Positions 47,068 to 58,228 of a stretch of DNA of 64,000 nucleotides are shown here, piece by piece. The stretch covers positions 31,776 to 95,775 of the forward strand of contig CACYOO010000003.1 in assembly GCA_902776035.1 (NCBI GenBank). The letters run 5' to 3'. A program made the translations under genes and the position numbers. This DNA comes from an uncultured bacterium (GTDB lineage: Bacteria > Cyanobacteriota > Vampirovibrionia > Gastranaerophilales > Gastranaerophilaceae). Position 1 is the first letter of the stretch. The number at the start of each line of letters is the position of its first letter. The notes under the pieces are model-generated. The model was not told where the DNA came from. It did no database searches and saw nothing but the letters and a program-made list of their open reading frames with translations.

Positions 47068-47568
47068 CTATACCAAATCAAAATCACCATGAAGTTTTAT
47101 ATGTTCTATTAAGCCACCCTCATTTAAAAGTTTAATCATAACATCCGGTAATGGTGTAATAGGAATTTCAAAATTTTGTGTTATATCTTTTATAAAACCT
47201 TGTTTAATATCAATTTCAAGTTCGTCATTTGCCTTGATTTTGTCTGTATCACACTCTATCAGTAACAGACCGATATTTATAGCATTACGATAAAATATTC
47301 TTGCAAAGCTTTTTGCCAAAACTGCTCCGACACCTGACATTTTTATTATTTTAGGTGCATGTTCTCTGGAAGAACCTAATCCAAAATTATTGCCTGCTAC
47401 AACAAAATCACCTTTTTGAACTTTAGATGCAAATTCTGCATCCGCATCTTCAAGTACATGTTTTGCAAGTTCAGGAAGGTTTGAACGTAAATAAAATAAT
47501 CTTCCGGGTGCTATATGGTCTGTTGAAATGTTATCTCCAAATTTAAATGCTTTTCCGTGTAATTGCAT
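47068..47568 (-). CDS. Aconitase-family dehydratase small subunit (LeuD/HacB type)
   Basis: 166 aa. GDNISTDHIAPG and GSSREHAP motifs. Confidence 0.8.
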   Translation of the reverse strand: MQLHGKAFKFGDNISTDHIAPGRLFYLRSNLPELAKHVLEDADAEFASKVQKGDFVVAGNNFGLGSSREHAPKIIKMSGVGAVLAKSFARIFYRNAINIGLLLIECDTDKIKANDELEIDIKQGFIKDITQNFEIPITPLPDVMIKLLNEGGLIEHIKLHGDFDLV

Positions 47569-48821
47569 TATAATACCTCCCTTACATCAGATATATAACC
47601 TTTTATTGCACTATAAGCTGCAGTTGCAGGAGATGAAATGTATATAAATCCCTTACTGTTTCCCATTCTGCCTTGAAAATTTCTATTTTGAGTAGAAAGA
47701 CAAACTTCTCCATCTCCGAGTATTCCTGCATGAACTCCTACACAAGCTCCACAGCCGGATGTTACTATTGATGCACCTGATTCTACCAATGTTGTTATTA
47801 AACCTTCTTCTAATGCTTGTAAAAATACCTGTCTTGATGCAGGTGCAACTAAAAGACGTACACCATCTTTTACTTTTTTACCTTTTAATATATTACTTGC
47901 AACTCGTAAATCTTCTATTCTTCCATTTGTACAAGTTCCGATATATACCTGATTAATTTCAACCTTATCCATTTTATCTATTTCTTTTGTGTTATCAACG
48001 GTATGCGGGCATGAAATCATTGGTTTTATTTCACTCAAATCAATGTTTATAACTCTTTCGTAGGATGCATCTTTATCGGCTTTAATTTCTTTAAATAATT
48101 CTCCTCTGCCTTTTTCTTTCAAGTATTCAAAAGTTTTTTCATCTGTTTCAAATAATCCGGCTTTTGCACCTGCTTCTACAGCCATATTAGATATTGTAAA
48201 TCTTTCTGACATTGATAAATTTTCAGCACCATCTCCAGAAAATTCAAGTGCCTTATATGTAGCACCATCCGCTCCTATTAGTCCTATTAAATAAAGAATT
48301 AAATCTTTCGCATAAACACCTTTTGAAAATTTACCGTTTAAAACTATTTTGTATGTTGCAGGAACTTTTAACCAAGTTTTACCAAGTGCCATAACAACTG
48401 CAATATCTGTTGAACCAACGCCTGTTGCAAATGCACCTAGCGCTCCTGATGTACAAGTGTGAGAGTCTGCTCCGAGTAAAACTTCTCCCGGATTTACAAA
48501 TGATTCTACTAATCTTTGATGACAAACTCCTTCACCTATTTCTGATAATACTGCACCATATTTTTTTGCAAATTCTCTTAATACTATATGTGAATTTGAA
48601 AGTTCTTTTACAGGACTTGGTGCTGCATGGTCTATAAATAATATTGTTCTTTCAGGGTTGAACAGTTTTGATTTATTTAATTTTTCAAATTCATTAATTG
48701 CTAAAGGCCCTGTTCCGTCTTGAACCATAACCGCATCAATATTCGATATTATTAATTCTCCCGGCTTTACCTGTCTGTCTGCATGCGCAGATAATATTTT
48801 TTCCGCAATCGTTTGTCCCAT
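47568..48821 (-). CDS. Aconitase-family dehydratase large subunit (LeuC/HacA type)
   Basis: MGQTIAEKILS...VMVQDGTGP..., and Fe-S Cys ligands CTNGR and GCGACVG. Confidence 0.8.
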   Translation of the reverse strand: MGQTIAEKILSAHADRQVKPGELIISNIDAVMVQDGTGPLAINEFEKLNKSKLFNPERTILFIDHAAPSPVKELSNSHIVLREFAKKYGAVLSEIGEGVCHQRLVESFVNPGEVLLGADSHTCTSGALGAFATGVGSTDIAVVMALGKTWLKVPATYKIVLNGKFSKGVYAKDLILYLIGLIGADGATYKALEFSGDGAENLSMSERFTISNMAVEAGAKAGLFETDEKTFEYLKEKGRGELFKEIKADKDASYERVINIDLSEIKPMISCPHTVDNTKEIDKMDKVEINQVYIGTCTNGRIEDLRVASNILKGKKVKDGVRLLVAPASRQVFLQALEEGLITTLVESGASIVTSGCGACVGVHAGILGDGEVCLSTQNRNFQGRMGNSKGFIYISSPATAAYSAIKGYISDVREVL

Positions 48822-48830
48822 TTTTTTCTC

Positions 48831-50141
48831 CTATACAAATAAGTGAGGTTGTGTTACAAAATTCTGGTCAATTCTTTGTTTTAAACTTCCTGTCGGCATA
48901 TAGTACGGTGTTACCGTCATTATTTTTGCAGCTATATCAGGATAATAGTATATGAATTTTAGTTCACTTTGAGTTAATGGTTTTTGTGTATGAACATTTG
49001 CATATCTTGCAAGTTCTAATATGTTTCTTGCTTCATTTTCGTCTTGAAACTCTATTTCCATTTTTTCATATACGTTTCTAAAGCCCTTTATTCCACCATA
49101 TTCACCTGTTGTAATCATTCTGCCTGTTTCAACAATTTCCGGCTCACCTCGTCCTAATTCTTCATAGTTATAAAGTTCATAGTTTAAGCGGTCTTTTAAT
49201 GCACCGTCGGCATGTATACCTGATTCATGTGCAAACGCATTTGCTCCTGTTGCCGGCTGATTAATAGGTATAGGAACATTAAATGCGTAAGATGTATATT
49301 TTGCAAGCTTCCAGGTTTTTGATAAATCAATGTTAGGATCAATTTCATATTTATTATGCATTCCACTTGATTTTAATACTCCTAAAAGGCAGGAGATTAA
49401 ATCGGCATTTCCTGCTCTTTCTCCCATTCCGTTAATTGCAGTATTTATATATGCATTTACTCCTGCATCAATTGCAGCTTTTGCTCCCATAATTGAATTA
49501 CCGGCTGCCATGCCTAAATCATTGTGAAAATGAAGTTCAATATCCATTTTTGTTTCTGTTGCTATTTTATAAATTCTATCATAAGCACTCTGAGGATCAT
49601 CATAACCCAATGTATCACAATATCTGAATGTTCTTGCACCGTGTTTTTTTACTTCTTGTGCAATTTCAATAAGGTAATTTATATCACTTCTTGATGCATC
49701 TTCTGCATTTACTCCTATTGATACAGCTCCACATGATTTTGCTGTATCTACGGCTTTTACAGTTGATTTTAGAATATCTTCTTTAGTTTTTTTACCGTTG
49801 AATTTACCTTGTATCATTTGGTCAGATGTTGAAACAGACAAATTTACATTTTGAAGGCGAGGTACATTTTGAAATGATAATATAACATCTTCTTCAATAC
49901 CTCTCATCCAGCCGGAAAGTTTTGTTTTTGTTATAACACCCCTATCTACAAGTTCAAGGTTTCCGTTTAGATAATTTATCTCGTGTTTTGTTGTAGGAAA
50001 GCCAAATTCTGATTGCGTGATACCAACATTATCAAGCATTAGATTAATAATTGTTTTTTGCAATTTAGCAAGTCCTAATCGTGAGGTCTGAACACCATCT
50101 CTGTTTGTAACATCAACAAAATATATATACTTTTTTTCCAT
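48831..50141 (-). CDS. IPMS/homocitrate-synthase-family (HMGL-like) acyl-CoA:2-oxoacid condensing enzyme, possibly Re-citrate synthase
   Basis: The DRE-TIM N-terminus reads VDVTNRDGVQT in place of the usual DTTLRDGEQ. HFHNDLGMA. I place the start at the MEKKYIYF ATG (50141). Confidence 0.7.
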   Translation of the reverse strand: MEKKYIYFVDVTNRDGVQTSRLGLAKLQKTIINLMLDNVGITQSEFGFPTTKHEINYLNGNLELVDRGVITKTKLSGWMRGIEEDVILSFQNVPRLQNVNLSVSTSDQMIQGKFNGKKTKEDILKSTVKAVDTAKSCGAVSIGVNAEDASRSDINYLIEIAQEVKKHGARTFRYCDTLGYDDPQSAYDRIYKIATETKMDIELHFHNDLGMAAGNSIMGAKAAIDAGVNAYINTAINGMGERAGNADLISCLLGVLKSSGMHNKYEIDPNIDLSKTWKLAKYTSYAFNVPIPINQPATGANAFAHESGIHADGALKDRLNYELYNYEELGRGEPEIVETGRMITTGEYGGIKGFRNVYEKMEIEFQDENEARNILELARYANVHTQKPLTQSELKFIYYYPDIAAKIMTVTPYYMPTGSLKQRIDQNFVTQPHLFV

Positions 50142-50211
50142 ATCTAAACCTGTAATATCCAAATTATAACATATTTAATTTAATATATCTGTTTTATATA
50201 TAATCTTAATA

Positions 50212-50251
50212 AAAAAAATCGTCAGTTTTATTTTTTACTGACGATTTTTTT
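50212..50251 (-). terminator. Intrinsic terminator after tsf
   Basis: AAAAAAATCGTCAGT / ACTGACGATTTTTTT hairpin. Confidence 0.8.
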
Positions 50252-50267
50252 ATTTATTATCTAAATT

Positions 50268-51131
50268 TTAACCGCCAATTTGTTTCATAACTTCATCAGC
50301 AAAGTTTTCATTACGTTTTTCAAGACCTTCACCAAGAGTATAACGTACAAATTTGTTAACAGTCAATTTACCTTCAAGTAATTGAGCTACTGTTGTATTA
50401 GGGTCTTTTACAAATGGTTGTTCTAATAAACATTTTTGAGCTAAAATTTTATGAAGTCTTCCTTCAACAATTTTTTCTCTGATGTTTTCAGGTTTGTTTT
50501 GTAAATCTTCTTTACCCATTTCAATACGTTTTTCTTCTTCTCTTACTTCAGCAGGAATATCACTGCTTTGTACAAATTCAGGTGCTGATGATGCAATGTG
50601 TAAGCACAAATCTTTTGTTAAAACATCATCTTTTTTATCGGTATTGAGTAAAACACCTATTTTACCGTTATGTATATATGTAGCATTGTTTCCTTCCATT
50701 ACTACAAATCTTCTGATTGTGATTTTTTCACCGATAGATGCAATTTTTTCTTTTACAATATCTGCAACTACTTTGCCACATTTAGGGCAAGTCATTGTTA
50801 ATAATTCATCAACATCTTTTGGCTTTGCTGTTGCAATCATTTCTGCCATATTTTTAGTAAATTCTTTAAATTCTTCGTTTTTAGCAACAAAGTCTGTTTC
50901 GCAATTTACTTCAACCATTGCACCTACTTTATCATCAACATAGGATGCAACAAGACCTTCTGCTGCAATTCTTCCCATTTTCTTTTCTGCAGATGCAATA
51001 CCTTTTTGTCTTAATGCCTCAACGGCTTTTTCCATATCACCTTCTGCTTCTGTTAATGCTTTTTTGCAGTCCATCATGCCTGCACCGGTTTTATCTCTTA
51101 ATTCCTTAACCATAGCAGCTGTTATATTCAT
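50268..51131 (-). CDS. tsf: Elongation factor Ts
   Basis: ITAAMVKELRDKTGAGMMDCKKAL canonical N-terminus. Confidence 0.95.
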   Translation of the reverse strand: MNITAAMVKELRDKTGAGMMDCKKALTEAEGDMEKAVEALRQKGIASAEKKMGRIAAEGLVASYVDDKVGAMVEVNCETDFVAKNEEFKEFTKNMAEMIATAKPKDVDELLTMTCPKCGKVVADIVKEKIASIGEKITIRRFVVMEGNNATYIHNGKIGVLLNTDKKDDVLTKDLCLHIASSAPEFVQSSDIPAEVREEEKRIEMGKEDLQNKPENIREKIVEGRLHKILAQKCLLEQPFVKDPNTTVAQLLEGKLTVNKFVRYTLGEGLEKRNENFADEVMKQIGG

Positions 51132-51151
51132 TATTAGTTTTCCTCCATTAA

Positions 51152-51934
51152 TTAAGCTTCAACTGTTTCTTCTTTTGCTTCTTCAACTGTAACACCGGCA
51201 TCTTCCGCTTTTATGCTTTCAACTTTTGCACTGTCAGCAGCTTTATTTGCCTTTAATTCTTTACCTTCCAATACTGCATCTGCAAGTTTTGATGCAATTA
51301 ATTGTACTGAACGAATAGCATCATCATTACCGGGAATAATATAATCTATATTATCAGGATTAGCATTTGTATCAGCCAAACATACTACAGGTATACCCAA
51401 TTTTTTAGCTTCTAAAATTGCTATGTTTTCTTTTTCTTGGTCTACTATAAATAAAATATCCGGTAAACCTCTCATATCTTTTATTCCGCCTAATGTTTTA
51501 CTTAATTTTGCTACTTGTTTATTGATTTGAGCTTGTTCTTTTTTAGGTAATTTTTCTATTTGACCGCTTTCAATAAAGTTTTCATATTCTTTAAGCTTGT
51601 TAACACGAGTTTTTATTGTTTCAAAGTTAGTCATCATTCCGCCTAACCATCTTCTGTTAACATAATAAGCTCCTGCTCTGGTTGCTTCTTGTGCTACAAC
51701 TTCTGCAGCTTGTTTCTTTGTTCCTACAAATAATACGTTTTTACCTTTTGCTGCAAAATCTCTTACTATTTCATAAGCAGAATCTAATAATTCTGTAGTT
51801 TTACGTAAATCGATTACATAAATACCGTTTCTTGCTCCGAAAATATATTGTTTCATTTTCGGATTCCATTTTTGTGTTTGGTGTCCAAAGTGTACACCTG
51901 CGTCAAGTAATTCAATCATTGATGCTACTGACAT
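51152..51934 (-). CDS. rpsB: 30S ribosomal protein S2
   Basis: [19 protein letters not shown] canonical text. Confidence 0.95.
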   Translation of the reverse strand: MSVASMIELLDAGVHFGHQTQKWNPKMKQYIFGARNGIYVIDLRKTTELLDSAYEIVRDFAAKGKNVLFVGTKKQAAEVVAQEATRAGAYYVNRRWLGGMMTNFETIKTRVNKLKEYENFIESGQIEKLPKKEQAQINKQVAKLSKTLGGIKDMRGLPDILFIVDQEKENIAILEAKKLGIPVVCLADTNANPDNIDYIIPGNDDAIRSVQLIASKLADAVLEGKELKANKAADSAKVESIKAEDAGVTVEEAKEETVEA

Positions 51935-52116
51935 GTTTTTCTCCTTTTTATTATGTGGTTTACTACGGGATAAACAATTTCATTCATCTGTGAACTAGGT
52001 TTGACCTATCAAACTGTATATCCAATAGAATATTATCACAAAGATATTTGATTGCAAAGAATTTTGTATATAAATAATTTTTTTATAGTGTTTAAGTATT
52101 ATATTTTGTAATATTT

Positions 52117-52144
52117 TAAATTTTTTTTATATAGATGCCGTAAA
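52117..52144 (+). promoter_or_regulatory. Weaker sigma-28-type promoter candidate
   Basis: TAAATTTT-N12-GCCGTAAA, about 38 nt upstream of the ATG at 52183. An AGGAG RBS lies in between. Confidence 0.3.
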
Positions 52145-52182
52145 TAGTATTATAAATCCGTAACTTTTTAGGAGATAACGGC

Positions 52183-53439
52183 ATGTCAAATCCATTTTTT
52201 CTTAACACCAATATAAACAATAATTTGGAAAAATACGAATTTCAAAATAATAGTGAAGATAATGATGATAATGAAAAAAATAAAAAAGATGAAAAAGAAA
52301 ATCAAGATGACAGCAAAAAAACTCACGTACAGGGAAATCCTCTAAAACCGGTTACCGGTGGAGAGTATAGAACTTATGATGTCGTTGCGGAAGAATTGAA
52401 TAAATGTATTGCAAATATAAATAATTATAGGATTTTGGAATACACTTCACAAAAGTCATTAAGCGGTACAAAAATAAAAGAAGAAATAGAAAAGTATAAA
52501 GCAATAATGTTTCATTACTCAGGTAAATTAAAAGATTTTGAAGCCGAATACAAAAAATTGTCTGCTGAAATTAAAAAAAAGGATTTTGTCGGTTCAAAAA
52601 TTAAACTTCTAAAATATGAGTCTAAAGCGGATTTTGACAAAAGGATGAAAGAAGCTGAAAAAGCTAATGTAAACATCATAAATACTATGTCGTCATATGC
52701 AAATGTAAAAGAAAGCTTTAGAGATGTATGCCATGACTTGGGAGATTGGATTGAAAAATTCAGGCATGGAAATCTTACAGTGCAAACTATCGAAGAAAAA
52801 AGGCATTCTATACAAAATATTGACAGAATGCTTTCTTGCGATGATATTCCTGAAAATGCAAAAAACTTTTGTATAAACAGGCGAAAAATAATAATTAATG
52901 AAATAAGAAATATTGAAAAAAATCAAAATAAAAATAATGATATATATTCAAAATATAATGAGGCGGTTAACGAATATAATAATTTCAAGGTAAGTAAAGA
53001 TAGAACACTTGAACAATGTATAAAGGATGATGAAAGAGCAATAGAATTAATAAATAATATACTTGCTTGCGAAAATTTACCTCAAGAAGTTATCAAAATA
53101 TGGAATGAAGGCAAAGATATATACACAAGAAATTTGAATAGACTAAAAGAAAAGCTGCAAACATCAGTAATTCCTGAAGACGGCAAATTGAAAAAAATAG
53201 AACAGTTAGAAAAAGAAAAACATGCAATACAAACACAAACTCAAAAAATGAACGAATATTATAAAAAAGAGAAAAAAGAACTTATAAACCAATATTATAG
53301 TATGCAGGATGTTGAAGAAAGAAAAAAATTACAAGAAAAAATTTATGCACTAAGCAACAAATATGATAACATAATGTGTAAAACCAGTGAACGTATAAAA
53401 CTTATTGATAAAGAACTAGAAACGTTAAAAACACAATGA
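52183..53439 (+). CDS. Orphan K/E/N-rich coiled-coil protein, no signal peptide
   Basis: Strong RBS (TAGGAGATAACGGCATG). 418 aa. No recognisable motif. Confidence 0.6.
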   Translation: MSNPFFLNTNINNNLEKYEFQNNSEDNDDNEKNKKDEKENQDDSKKTHVQGNPLKPVTGGEYRTYDVVAEELNKCIANINNYRILEYTSQKSLSGTKIKEEIEKYKAIMFHYSGKLKDFEAEYKKLSAEIKKKDFVGSKIKLLKYESKADFDKRMKEAEKANVNIINTMSSYANVKESFRDVCHDLGDWIEKFRHGNLTVQTIEEKRHSIQNIDRMLSCDDIPENAKNFCINRRKIIINEIRNIEKNQNKNNDIYSKYNEAVNEYNNFKVSKDRTLEQCIKDDERAIELINNILACENLPQEVIKIWNEGKDIYTRNLNRLKEKLQTSVIPEDGKLKKIEQLEKEKHAIQTQTQKMNEYYKKEKKELINQYYSMQDVEERKKLQEKIYALSNKYDNIMCKTSERIKLIDKELETLKTQ

Positions 53440-53458
53440 AATTTTTCATTGTGTTTTT
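53427..53458. terminator. Intrinsic terminator overlapping the stop codon
   Basis: AAAAACACAATGAA attt TTCATTGTGTTTTT. Confidence 0.8.
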
Positions 53459-53512
53459 AAAATTAAATATTTTTATGTATCAGTTATTATATATAAACAA
53501 TCTGATAATTTT

Positions 53513-53770
53513 CTAACCAAAAAACATTAAGTTTGCACCGTTACCGTCATCTCCGTTATTATCCGCAAAAGAACCTGTCGGAACATTACCTAAACCAACA
53601 GTGCTTTCTTGAAGTTTTTCCATTATATTAGCTGAATGTTCAGGACTGTTATAATAACTTGAATTTTGATAACCTGAACCGGAACCTCCGAATATAACTC
53701 CACCGCTTGTTATTCCGCCAAACGGCATACCGCTTCCATTTCCTATATTATTTGTTGTTGCAAATGCCAT
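53513..53770 (-). CDS. Small Gly/Asn/Ser-rich protein (85 aa), no signal peptide
   Basis: MAFATTNNIGNGSGMPFGGITSGGVIFGGSGSGYQ... I place the start at the ATG at 53770, with a GGAGTG RBS. Confidence 0.5.
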   Translation of the reverse strand: MAFATTNNIGNGSGMPFGGITSGGVIFGGSGSGYQNSSYYNSPEHSANIMEKLQESTVGLGNVPTGSFADNNGDDGNGANLMFFG

Positions 53771-53805
53771 AATCACTCCACACATTTTTACTAATCACAA
53801 ACATG

Positions 53806-53832
53806 TTATCGACATTTATTGTAAAATCTTTA
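53806..53832 (-). promoter_or_regulatory. Sigma-28 (FliA/SigD)-type promoter candidate
   Basis: Minus strand reads TAAAGATT-N11-GTCGATAA (7/8 + 7/8 to consensus, with consensus spacing). It ends 35 nt upstream of the ATG at 53770. Confidence 0.55.
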
Positions 53833-53860
53833 ATATTTGATTAAGATATGTTAACAAAAT

Positions 53861-53895
53861 AAAAACGACTTAACTTATTTGTTGAGTCGTTTTTA
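53861..53895 (-). terminator. Intrinsic terminator after dnaK
   Basis: AAAAACGACTCAAC / GTTAAGTCGTTTTT hairpin (one mismatch) with a T-run. Confidence 0.7.
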
Positions 53896-53921
53896 TTTTT
53901 ATTTGAAATAATGTTATTTAA

Positions 53922-55793
<1,872 letters not shown>

Positions 55794-55885
55794 TTATATT
55801 AATACTATTTTCTCTTTATGCATTAACATATTAATATAGTTTTTAGGAAATCTTTAAAAAATAAACAAAATATTAACATTTCAAT

Positions 55886-58222
55886 TTATAATGAAATTGT
55901 AAAATTATTCTTGTAATTGGATATATCTGTTAATTTTGCTCTAAAATCAGAATATTGTTCATCCGATAAAATATTAGAAAGTTCTATACTTTTTATGAAA
56001 TTTATTTTTATTGATTGTTCATTTTGTTTTTCAAGATTAATCATTTCACATTCTTCAAAAATTTGCAGAATATTTTCAATACAATCGTTTGTAACACCTA
56101 AAAATACAGCACTTTTTTCAATATCAAATATACCGTCTTTGTTGTTGCAAGCAAATTTTATCATTCCGGCTATTGTTTTTAAAAATTTTCTTTCATCAAT
56201 TATATTATTTTTACATGGCATTAAATGAATGTGATGGGGTTTTGTTTTTTGAAGTATTGCAATAGATATTTCATCAGATGCAGGATAATCGAAAAACATT
56301 ATACTGTCTGTTTTTTTTATCGTATCACGTGCTACAATACGCTCATTTAAAAATTTATAATCTTTTAGCTTTTTTATGGTGTCAGGACATTCTGCAAACA
56401 CTGAAATATCAAGTTTTGATGTTCTAACGTAGTCATTTACTTTATCTATAATTTCTGTTTTTTCTCTGTGGTCATAAATTTTTATGGTTTTATCATCTTG
56501 ATTTTCTTGTTTATTAATAAAGCTATCGCTGTGAATATCTTCTACTATCAGTTGTAATGATATAGTGTTGTTAAACGAATTTATTTGTGGTGAAAATGCT
56601 AAATCTATCTTGCTGTCTATGGGTATATCAATATCATCGTGCGACCACCAAACACAATTATAAATAATATTATTTCCCATTATTTTTAATTGAAGGTGAT
56701 TTTTATTTTCTCCAATTAATCGCTTTTCTTTTAATACAAAGTCTTTTACGGCAAAAATCGGTTTTGGATTTTCTGCTCCAAATGGTTCTAATTTTGAAAT
56801 TTCATCAACCATTGATATATCTAAATCTTTTTCATCCAATTCTAAATCAATATTTAAAATGGGTTTTAGTTCTTTTCCTTCGGTCATTTCACTAACAGTC
56901 TTATTTAAAGTATTTTTAACTGTATCAAAATTAACTTTGTTTCCGTCAAATGAAAATCCACCAGCCATAGCATGTCCGCCGCCTGCTAAAAACATTTCCA
57001 TATTTTCAGTAATAATTTCGAACATATTTATACCGTTAATACTTCTTGCAGAACATCTGTATTCATTGTTATCTGTATTGTGTGTCATTACAAATGCCGG
57101 CTTGCCGTAAGTTTCTACAAGTCTTGATGCAACAATTCCTATAATGCCTACATTCCAATTTTTATCTTCAACAACAATAACAGGTTCGGTATCTTTATTA
57201 TTATTCTGCTCGTAAATATTTTGTGCCTCTTTAAATGTTTTATCGCATAAGTTTTGACGAACTTTGTTTAGTTCATTCAATGTTTGAACTGCCATTTCAA
57301 TTTCTGTTTTGTTATCGGAAAGTAAAAGTTTTAATGCAACATCAACATTATCTAATCGACCGGTTGCATTTATTCTTGGTGCAACGATAAAAGCTATTGT
57401 ATCGGATTTTATATCTTCACCTGATTTATATCCTGAATGTTCTAATAATCTTGATAATCCGTAGTGTTTTCCTTCTGAAATTAGTTGTAATCCTTTAGCA
57501 ACAATGTATCTGTTTTCTCCAATTAAAGGTACTATATCTGCAATAGTTCCAACAGCAGCAAGAGGTATTAATTCATTAATAAAAGCTTCTTGTTTATATA
57601 AAGATAAAAGTGCTTGCGAAACTTTTAATGCAACTCCGCAGCCGGCAAGAGATGTTAAGCTTTTAATTTGTTTTACTTTAATATTTTCTATAAGCCCATT
57701 AGGTGCTTTTGCATCAATTATACCGAATGCCGGTGGTAAATTTTCAGGGGCTTCATGATGATCTGTTATAATAACATCTATTCCAAAACTGTTTAAAAAC
57801 TGAACTTCTTCATAATTACTTATTCCGCAATCAACAGTAATTAAAACTTTTGGCTTTTTTTGTGTCATTATTTTAACCAAAGCTTTTGAATTCATACCAT
57901 GACCGTCATTTTCTCTATCCGGTATATAGTAGTCAATATTTGCTTTTAAATAAGACAATGTTTTATACATTATGGAAGTTGATGTTATTCCATCGGCATC
58001 AAAATCACCGTATATTACTATCTTTTCTCCAGTGTCTATTGCTTTCGATAGTCGTTTGACAGATTTTTCCATATCTGTAAACGAATTTGGAGATAACATT
58101 TCAACAGAAAGGGGCTTTAAAAATTCTTTTTCATCCTCTTTTGTAATGTTTCTTACTTCTAAAAGCCGTTTAATAAGGCATTTTGAAGTATCGGTATTTG
58201 AAATAATCCATTCTTTTTGCAT
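55886..58222 (-). CDS. recJ: Single-stranded-DNA-specific exonuclease RecJ with a long C-terminal extension
   Basis: DHH motifs (IYGDFDADGITS, ITVDCG, VIITDHH) and DHHA1 GGGHAMAGG. 778 aa. Confidence 0.9.
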   Translation of the reverse strand: MQKEWIISNTDTSKCLIKRLLEVRNITKEDEKEFLKPLSVEMLSPNSFTDMEKSVKRLSKAIDTGEKIVIYGDFDADGITSTSIMYKTLSYLKANIDYYIPDRENDGHGMNSKALVKIMTQKKPKVLITVDCGISNYEEVQFLNSFGIDVIITDHHEAPENLPPAFGIIDAKAPNGLIENIKVKQIKSLTSLAGCGVALKVSQALLSLYKQEAFINELIPLAAVGTIADIVPLIGENRYIVAKGLQLISEGKHYGLSRLLEHSGYKSGEDIKSDTIAFIVAPRINATGRLDNVDVALKLLLSDNKTEIEMAVQTLNELNKVRQNLCDKTFKEAQNIYEQNNNKDTEPVIVVEDKNWNVGIIGIVASRLVETYGKPAFVMTHNTDNNEYRCSARSINGINMFEIITENMEMFLAGGGHAMAGGFSFDGNKVNFDTVKNTLNKTVSEMTEGKELKPILNIDLELDEKDLDISMVDEISKLEPFGAENPKPIFAVKDFVLKEKRLIGENKNHLQLKIMGNNIIYNCVWWSHDDIDIPIDSKIDLAFSPQINSFNNTISLQLIVEDIHSDSFINKQENQDDKTIKIYDHREKTEIIDKVNDYVRTSKLDISVFAECPDTIKKLKDYKFLNERIVARDTIKKTDSIMFFDYPASDEISIAILQKTKPHHIHLMPCKNNIIDERKFLKTIAGMIKFACNNKDGIFDIEKSAVFLGVTNDCIENILQIFEECEMINLEKQNEQSIKINFIKSIELSNILSDEQYSDFRAKLTDISNYKNNFTISL

Positions 58223-58228
58223 TTCTTA

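Noticed and set aside
51935-52100. Structured leader or ncRNA upstream of rpsB (small hairpin AGGTTTGA-ccta-TCAAACT).
   Set aside because: It is a single short hairpin. I cannot support an S2 autoregulatory leader or any ncRNA family by eye.
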